From positions 76,012,001 through 76,076,000 of the forward strand of contig OX597828.1 in assembly GCA_951406725.2 (NCBI GenBank): a stretch of DNA of 64,000 bases. Direction: 5' to 3'. Positions within the stretch are counted from its first letter, which is position 1; each line of letters opens with the position of its first letter. The notes under the pieces were generated by a model, which was not told the origin of the DNA, did not search any database, and saw only the letters and a list, made by a program, of their open reading frames with translations. Below are positions 56,207 to 64,000 of the stretch, one piece after another. Origin of the DNA: Octopus vulgaris. Lineage: Eukaryota. The position numbers and the translations under genes are program-made.

Positions 56207-56860
56207 CACACAAATACACATATAATTCTCACTCCTATATTCTTTCTCCATCTCTTCACTAAGTCCAAAACTTCTACCTGCCTCTATCACCCTTTTCCTC
56301 TCCCTATATTACTCTCTGTGTCTCTCTCCGTTTTTCTCTCTGTGTCTTTCTCCATTCACGATTACCATCAATACCATTACTAATCACTGTTATTCGTTCT
56401 GTTTGAGTTAGTGTCTCAAGGAAAGTAGGTAGGAACGTAATATTGTACTAATACGTGTGTGTCTCTGCACTCGCGCGCACGTGTACTTCTGCAGCATTAC
56501 TACTTACAATGAAAGAAGACTTGGACATTAAGTGACTTTAACGAAGAGCAGAGCCGGTCAGCTATATAATTTCTGACAAAAATATAGTTAACTTGATGTA
56601 ATAATAGATATAAGAGATTAATAAATATAGACATTAAAGTCTGGTTTAAATCAACATAAAATTCTTAATAGTGACTCACTCTTACATTAATATTATCTCA
56701 GATTGAATGTTTGTAATTGTCTTTACTATAATGTTCTCTTTATCGCGACTAAAAACTCTCCGGTCTCCTATCGTTTTAGTCGCCTCACTTCTGACGCTAA
56801 TGCTTTAACCCACGACTTACTTTCTCCCAGCATCTATCCGCTCTCGTCATAGTGACGCAT

Positions 56861-56913
<53 letters not shown>

Positions 56914-57389
56914 ATATCTATCTATCTATCTATCTATCTCTCTCTCTCTCTCTCTCTCTCCCCCTCTCTCTCTCTATCTCTCTCTATATATATATGTATA
57001 TATATATTGGTAAAACGGTAAGATAAAAGAAAGAAAGAGACCTCAATATTATGTAAATAGAGGAAATTTATCTATACAATAATATGTTACACTACTCGAT
57101 AGTCAAGATAAAACTCTGAGTTTCAGATGCCGAAGTGGAAATCCACAACACCATCTCTTTGGTTATCTGGCTATTTGAAAACACTATGAAAAATACCGTT
57201 ATATAAAGGGAAATTACTGTGTTATAACTCTGCTTGCCTGCGTACTTATACATCGCTCGCATTTTTCGTCATAACAATTATATAAAAATACATAAAAAAT
57301 ATATAAAAATATATAAAAATATATAAAATCTTCTTGGGACATAACATAGAAAGCATGTTCTATCTGTTTTCTTTAGGGGACCAAAAACG

Positions 57390-57629
57390 TTACAGAAATT
57401 TAGTCACATGTGGGCATGAACCGAAAAGTTTTGTCCTTGTGTTTAGACATGTAGTAGGGTCTAAGCTGCTTTTCCAGACAAGCCATCTCTCCATGTCGCA
57501 TAGACCGCACCTTCCGCTGCCGTTGGTATAGGGCTTACATCTGGCCAAAATCTTCCAATGTATGTTATAATCGACACCTTTATCTCTTAAAGACAAAATA
57601 TGATTAGATAATTGTGTCGCTTTTCTTTT
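57390..57629 (-). CDS. Penelope GIY-YIG endonuclease C-terminal half (truncated)
   Basis: KRKATQLSNHILSLRDKGVDYNIHWKILARCKPY…RCGLCDMER…LNTRTKLFGSCPH pattern. Confidence 0.8.
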   Translation of the reverse strand, partial: KRKATQLSNHILSLRDKGVDYNIHWKILARCKPYTNGSGRCGLCDMERWLVWKSSLDPTTCLNTRTKLFGSCPHVTKFL

Positions 57630-57772
57630 GTATTTTTATGTATTTTATGTATTTTTATATAATTTTTATGACGAAAAATGCGAGCGATGTATAAGTACGC
57701 AGGCAAGCAGAGTTATAACACAGTAATTTCCCTTTATATAACGGTATTTTTTCATAGCGTTTTCAAATAGCC

Positions 57773-57835
57773 AGATAACCGAAGAGATGGTGTTGTGGAT
57801 TTCCACTTCGGCATCTGAAACTCAGAGTTTTATCT
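57773..57835 (+). ncRNA. Hammerhead-like fold with CCGAAGA core in a pLTR arm
   Basis: Stem I agataa/ttatct, stem II gatg/catc, GAAAC-tcaga-GUU; the mirror arm reads CCAAAGA. Confidence 0.55.
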
Positions 57836-57860
57836 TGACTATCGAGTAATGTAACATATT

Positions 57861-57921
<61 letters not shown>

Positions 57922-57934
57922 TCACACATGCATG

Positions 57935-58002
<68 letters not shown>

Positions 58003-58753
58003 CATACGCATCACGCATACACACACAGATGGATAGGTAAAGAGATAGATAGACAGTCAGAGACATAGATGGATAATAGTAGCTAGATATATACATATAG
58101 GTATATACATACACACATACATATATACAATAAACCTACGTTCACACAAATATACGTATACATATATACAGTAGACGTCCCACTTCTATTGACCAGCTGA
58201 AACTCACACCCATCCGCTGTTTCCATCTCTCTAATGTGACATATTCCTCCAGCTAATACTACATCAGTAATTTGTTCTGAGAATTCGGCAGCAATTATTT
58301 AGTATTCACCGAGGAAGTAAATTGGACCGAAGGGTCGACATAAATGAACAATCACGTTCACTCCGTTATGTTTAAAACATCTTTATATACACTTGTGTCA
58401 GTTCTCTGACTTTGGTTTCCTCAGAACGAATGTCCATGAATTCAGTTTTTCATGTTGAGTAAAAACACTCGGGAAATGTTATATCCTATTAAAGTGATGT
58501 GTTGGTAGAAGCATTAGTGCGACCGACAAAACTCTTTGCTGCATTTATTAACTTCAAGTCCCAAATCATGTCGCGATCAAAATCGCCATCCATAGTTTTG
58601 CGTCCAGCAAAAACGCTATGAATGCGAGAGATGGTGGGAAATAAGGCGGCGATGAGCGGTGAATCATTTCAACTAAGTAAACAAAAGTGATGGAAACTGA
58701 ATGAAACCCCTTCAACTCTTGAAATTAACCTTTACGTCACACTTTGCACACAC

Positions 58754-58815
<62 letters not shown>

Positions 58816-58822
58816 ACACGTA

Positions 58823-59291
58823 AACCATCTGAATCCTCATCAGCGACTTTTAACGCCCAGGGTTAAACTCAATCACTTTTGTCAGTCTTAAAAGAAGAAT
58901 CGTTGAAAACTTGTGCTGATTTTCAAAGTGTAAACAACAAACTAAAAACAGTGGCTTATTAGCAATCAGAACCTAAAAGCAAAATTAATAGAGGTCACAA
59001 AAGTGAAAGAGGGAACTGACAAGCACCTCTTTTGCTAAAAATAAGAGTCAAAGCAACTCAAAAGCCGCAAATGCATTTTCTTAACAATTGAGAAAGGGAG
59101 GTAAGTCCACAATGGTTGGCACATTCAGATTTTGATGCAGACCATCTCAGTCCTCGTCAGCGAATATTAACGAATAGGGCTAAACTCAACTACCTCTCAT
59201 TAGAAAAGTCGTTGAAGACATGTATTGCTTTTCAAAACGGTAAAAGTGTAATCAACAAATTAAAATGGGTGGGCTTATTAGCAATTAGAAC
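58823..59291. repeat. Diverged ~150-bp direct repeats (58823-58971, 59141-59291)
   Basis: accatct…tcctc.tcagcga…taaactcaa…tcgttgaa…ggcttattagcaat.agaac occurs twice. Confidence 0.75.
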
Positions 59292-59314
59292 AGCGATCCG
59301 AGTCTATCTATCTA

Positions 59315-59390
<76 letters not shown>

Positions 59391-60420
59391 ACTATGCCGT
59401 CCCGGGTCGACCTTGAGTGACTTCAACACAACCCAAGCATTCTATAGGGGATTAGTGGAGGGGAGGTACGACAACGATCTTGTGGCGAACCTGGGCGTCG
59501 ACGAGGAATACCTGACCCGCCTGTTTGAGACGACTTTCGGGACAACTTCCAGAGATCCCTGGCCTGGCGGTGCTACCGAGAGGCGCTACCCGTTCGGGAT
59601 AAGCTCTATAGGCATGGCTCGAGAAACACGGGGCCGACCTGCCCGAGATGCGGGCAGAGCGACGAAACCGTTCTGCACGCAATCGTGCAGTGTCCAACAA
59701 TCTCCGACCTGTGGGCTTATGTCGAACGACTGCTGTCACGTGTGGGACGTGTCGGTTTATCAGCCGAGTCTATCGTTAATATCGTCACGCCTCCTTTCTT
59801 CAAACGGGAAGGAAGAGCTATTTTTATCATACTTGTGGCTATGGCGAAAGAATGTATCTGGTGGACGCGCCTGAAAGGATTAGAGACAAACACTTTCCTC
59901 TCTGGTCAATCTCTCATCAACTTCTTCAAGTACCACTTGAAGAGGAAAGTGAGAGTAGAGAGGCAAGTTTTGTCTAGTGAATGTTTTAAAAAAAGATGGG
60001 TGAATGTAGCAAGGATGGCACGTATGATTGACGAAGCCACCTTGACTATGATCCTATGAACCGTAAAAATTAATACAGAGAGTTGCTTATTTATAAAAAA
60101 AAAAAATATAACATGTGACTTCATTGACCGAGGTTACCGTGGTCTTTTCCGTAGGCTTTTTTTCCCACTGGTAAGCCTCACCTGTCCTCCTCTTTACACT
60201 TTATATTGACATTTCTGTGATAACAATCCATATGATCGATTTTTTCTTTTTCCTTTTATTTTCATCCCCCCCCCCACTTTTTGCTTTTGCTTTCCTCTTT
60301 CTTTCCTTTTACGATCCCTTTTGATCGAAAAACAAACCCCTTTTCTATCCCCCAAAAGAAAAGCTCTACCTTGTAATTTGTCCCGTCTGTGTACATCTCT
60401 GTGTGGCTAATAAAGAAACA
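59391..60420 (+). mobile_element. 5'-truncated L1/Tx1-type LINE embedded in (TATC)n
   Basis: FQRSLAWRCYREALPVRDKL…CPRCGQSDETVLHAIVQC (zf-RVT), AKECIWWTR; 3' end aataaagaaaca; TATC/TGTC arrays at 59303-59390 and 60421-60720. Confidence 0.9.
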
Positions 60421-60533
<113 letters not shown>

Positions 60534-60562
60534 GTCTGTCTGTCTATCTGTCTATCTGTCTG

Positions 60563-60621
<59 letters not shown>

Positions 60622-60626
60622 GTCTG

Positions 60627-60709
<83 letters not shown>

Positions 60710-61878
60710 GTCTATCTATATGGCACACACCTACACATATCTATGTATAAGTGTGCGTGTATGTGTCTGTGTGCATGTGAGCTGGGTGTGTATGCGTAAT
60801 TACTAATTAAGGAATAACTTACTGCCAACATGTTATCAAATTTACAAATTGAATTACACATTGCTTCAGGGAAACCAAACAAAGAAATAAATTCCACTGT
60901 CTATATGAATGGGTATGTGTGTATATATAGACACAGACAGGTACACACACACACACACACGCACACACATATATTTCTATATACATGTACATAGAGAAAA
61001 AGAGACAGAAGCCACACCAGTGATTTCGGAGATCTACAATTTCGTACAAGAAACAAACCTGTTCAAACGTTTAAGCTTCGTGTTTGACAAGTCTTTGGCA
61101 TGGAACTCCAATGTCATTGAGTTCCAGACATAAAATTCTTGAATATAAACAAGAAATATGTCACTGTACTTTGCTGAAAAATTCTAAACTATATCTCAGC
61201 AAGAAACATCGACTCTCGAAACCTTCCTTGCTGCATAGACAGTAAAACATAAAGCTATCCCGGAAGGGAGTTGGACACGTGAAGTTACATATTTTTATAG
61301 TTCTGAGCAGTGAATGGACAGAACTTATTTTGACATAGCAACATATAGAATTCATCCAGTTAGTCGCTACTGACCAACTTTAAAACTATTTATCCAGTTT
61401 ATCGATAAGAATGCATATCAAGCCATTTGTCAAAACATATTGGAAACCTGTAACATTTAACAATTTAAACTTAAACCAATAAAAACGGTTCGATTGGAGA
61501 GTATTGTCTTATCATTTTGATATTTTGTCATCTTTCTTCTTTCTGTTGTGTTGTCACGAAGCAGTAAATGTCTTTCCACCAACTGCATAAATACGTTGTA
61601 ATATATATATATATATATATATATGTGTGTTGTGTGTGCATGAGTGTATGTGCGTATGAATATATATTTTTATGTGTATATATGTATGTGTGGTCGTAGG
61701 TATATATATATATATATATATACATGTGTGTATGCGTGCATGCATGGGAGTGAGTGTATGCATATATACGTGTGTGTATGTGTAGACAGGTATAGGCATG
61801 TGCATGTGTATAAATTTGTATATGTGGGCGGGTGTATGTATGTGTGTATGTAGATATGTATGTATGTGTGTACATATG

Positions 61879-61937
<59 letters not shown>

Positions 61938-62475
61938 ATATATATGTGTATGTATGTATGTGTGTGTAGATACGTATACATGTGTGTATAGGTATAAGTG
62001 AGAATCTCCTTATTTACCTATAACTCTATCCCCCCTTTTTTTTATATATATATTTTTTATATATATATTTTATATATATATTTTTTTATATATATTTTTT
62101 ATATTTTTTATTTTTTTATTTTTTTATTTTATTTTATTTTTTTATTTTTTTATTTTTTTATTTTTTTATTTTTTATTTTTTAATTTTTTTATTTATCTAT
62201 TCTTTCATCTAACTTACCACTGACTCCTTGACCACTCCCCCAAGTATGATATTTTGCGCTATGCCTACCCCCAAAAAGTCCCCCACCACCACTCCTTTAA
62301 ACCTGCCTAAATGTATAAATGCTAATACAATTCTTGTTAAATAGCTTCCTGAAGATTTCTCTTGAATGAAACAGTACTAGTCCTGTAGAAGCTCCTTCTA
62401 TATATAAATTAATTTTACTCTGCCATGTATTGAGTACCTTACTTACTGTGGTTAACCCCGAATCAACCCGGGACC

Positions 62476-62543
<68 letters not shown>

Positions 62544-64000
62544 GTACGTAAATACATACATGTATACATATATATTATGTATATATATGTATATATACAT
62601 AATATATATATATATACATATATGTATATATACATATAAACATATATATATGTATAAATATACATGTATATATATATATATGTGTATATACCAACTCTTA
62701 TGCGGACATAAAACACACACACACACATATATATCTATATATGCATACATAAGTGCACACGTAGATAGTAGATTCACACACACGCACGCACACACATACA
62801 CACACACTCACACACACACGCACACACACAACCACGCGCGTGCACGCACAGACACACACATATGCTCAAAAACGCAGACAACGCAAAATTATTAATTCTA
62901 CTTAATATATCATAAATGATGGGAAAACATTTACAAGGAACATTCGATCGGTTTTTCGCTATTTTAAGACAAACGACTGAACACATTGTAATCGGCGATA
63001 ATATTTGCTAATAAAACTGAAAATGGCAGGTGTAACCTGATGAGTGAACAGCCCCGCAGCTAGACAGAATGCGACTTGATGCTTTCTTCTATGACTCTAC
63101 AATGTTAACTGCATACCTCACTGCACATTATATCAATGTTCGCATTCGCTTTTGTCATATCGAAGATAGAGAGTTTTTCGGTTGAGCTCAGAAAGTTATC
63201 TGCACACTAAATCTGGTTAGAGGCACTGCAAAAATATTTAATATCTTTTGATTAATAGAGAATTGAAGAAGCAGATATATTAATATTTTATTGGTATGAA
63301 AGCGAACTACAAGTGTATTATGGCAGCTTTTGTATGTCTTGATAAGATATATCTGTGTTTATATACATAAAAATGTATGTATATGTATGTCTGCATGTAA
63401 ATCCATACGCACAAATAAACGCACATGTGTATTCCTGTTTTTGAGATTTGTTTATTTCCTCTTCGATTTGAAGAATTCAACAAATTCTTTTCTCTTTTCT
63501 TTTCGTTTTCAGAATCTTTAATGTATAGCAACAATGGTTGTTCTACTGTTTTGTAAATAATTTCAACATCTGAACAACCACATATTAAAAGAATTACAAT
63601 AACCAACGAAGAATATATTTTTTCATATTTTTCAAAGAAAAAAACCAAAGAGATTTTGAAATATTTAAAGTGAAGCGACTCTAAGAGAGATGCTAAATCT
63701 TTGTATCATACTGCAGATGACAGATAAAGCGGCATAGCAGACGATAAACTAATGTCACGCAGTGTATTGGAATAAAACAGATACACATGATCGTTCAAGA
63801 AAAGTACTAATGCTGGTCTGCATTGAAAAGAATCAATTTCGTAAAAAGCAAGAATACAGCAATGAAGAGATTTTAGTCGATGATAAAACTTTCTTGTGAC
63901 GGAGAGGGGAATATAACCGAGTTTGTATTTTGTCGGTTTCTATTGTCAACAAGTACAGCAAGTAGAATTCATAGACGCAAGCAACCCTACTGACAGAGCT

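Larger units (their letters stand above)
57008..57868 (-). mobile_element. 5'-truncated Penelope-like element with inverted pLTR-type arms (57073-57297 and about 57630-57868)
   Basis: GIY-YIG C-terminal fragment between ~225-bp inverted repeats containing an HHR-like fold; TA tracts on both sides. Confidence 0.88.

Noticed and set aside
58823-59165. Minus-strand CUGAUGA/CUGACGA in both direct repeats as hammerheads
   Set aside because: No GAAA block with compatible stems found in any order.
63038-63060. ctgatga motif (also ctgatgaaac in the Helitrons)
   Set aside because: Isolated heptamer with no stem II/III partners.
63307-63648. ORF with a hydrophobic, lipoprotein-like N-terminus
   Set aside because: Non-ATG start, runs into microsatellite, no recognisable domain.

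Overview
AT-rich, microsatellite-saturated eukaryotic DNA with no confidently identifiable host gene. The repeat families resemble those of an octopod cephalopod (my inference from recalled SINE sequences). Nearly all ORF-track entries are microsatellite translations. Real content: (1) 5'-truncated R4/Dong-type non-LTR retrotransposons (RT + CCHC + restriction-like endonuclease) inside (AAT)n arrays; (2) two L1/Tx1-type 3' fragments; (3) a Penelope-like element with a GIY-YIG C-terminus and inverted repeats, plus several short hammerhead-ribozyme (HHR) modules next to (TA)n or (TG)n tracts; (4) three SINE families, two tandem non-autonomous Helitrons and mariner remnants; (5) a 1.78-kb near-perfect palindrome. 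The most striking signal is three short modules (20245-20306 minus, 29425-29480, 51239-51300) carrying the hammerhead catalytic blocks in a non-circularly permuted order (cleavage strand, then GAAA strand, then CUGANGA strand), with different but compensatory stem sequences. All structures were paired by eye; none were computed or searched.
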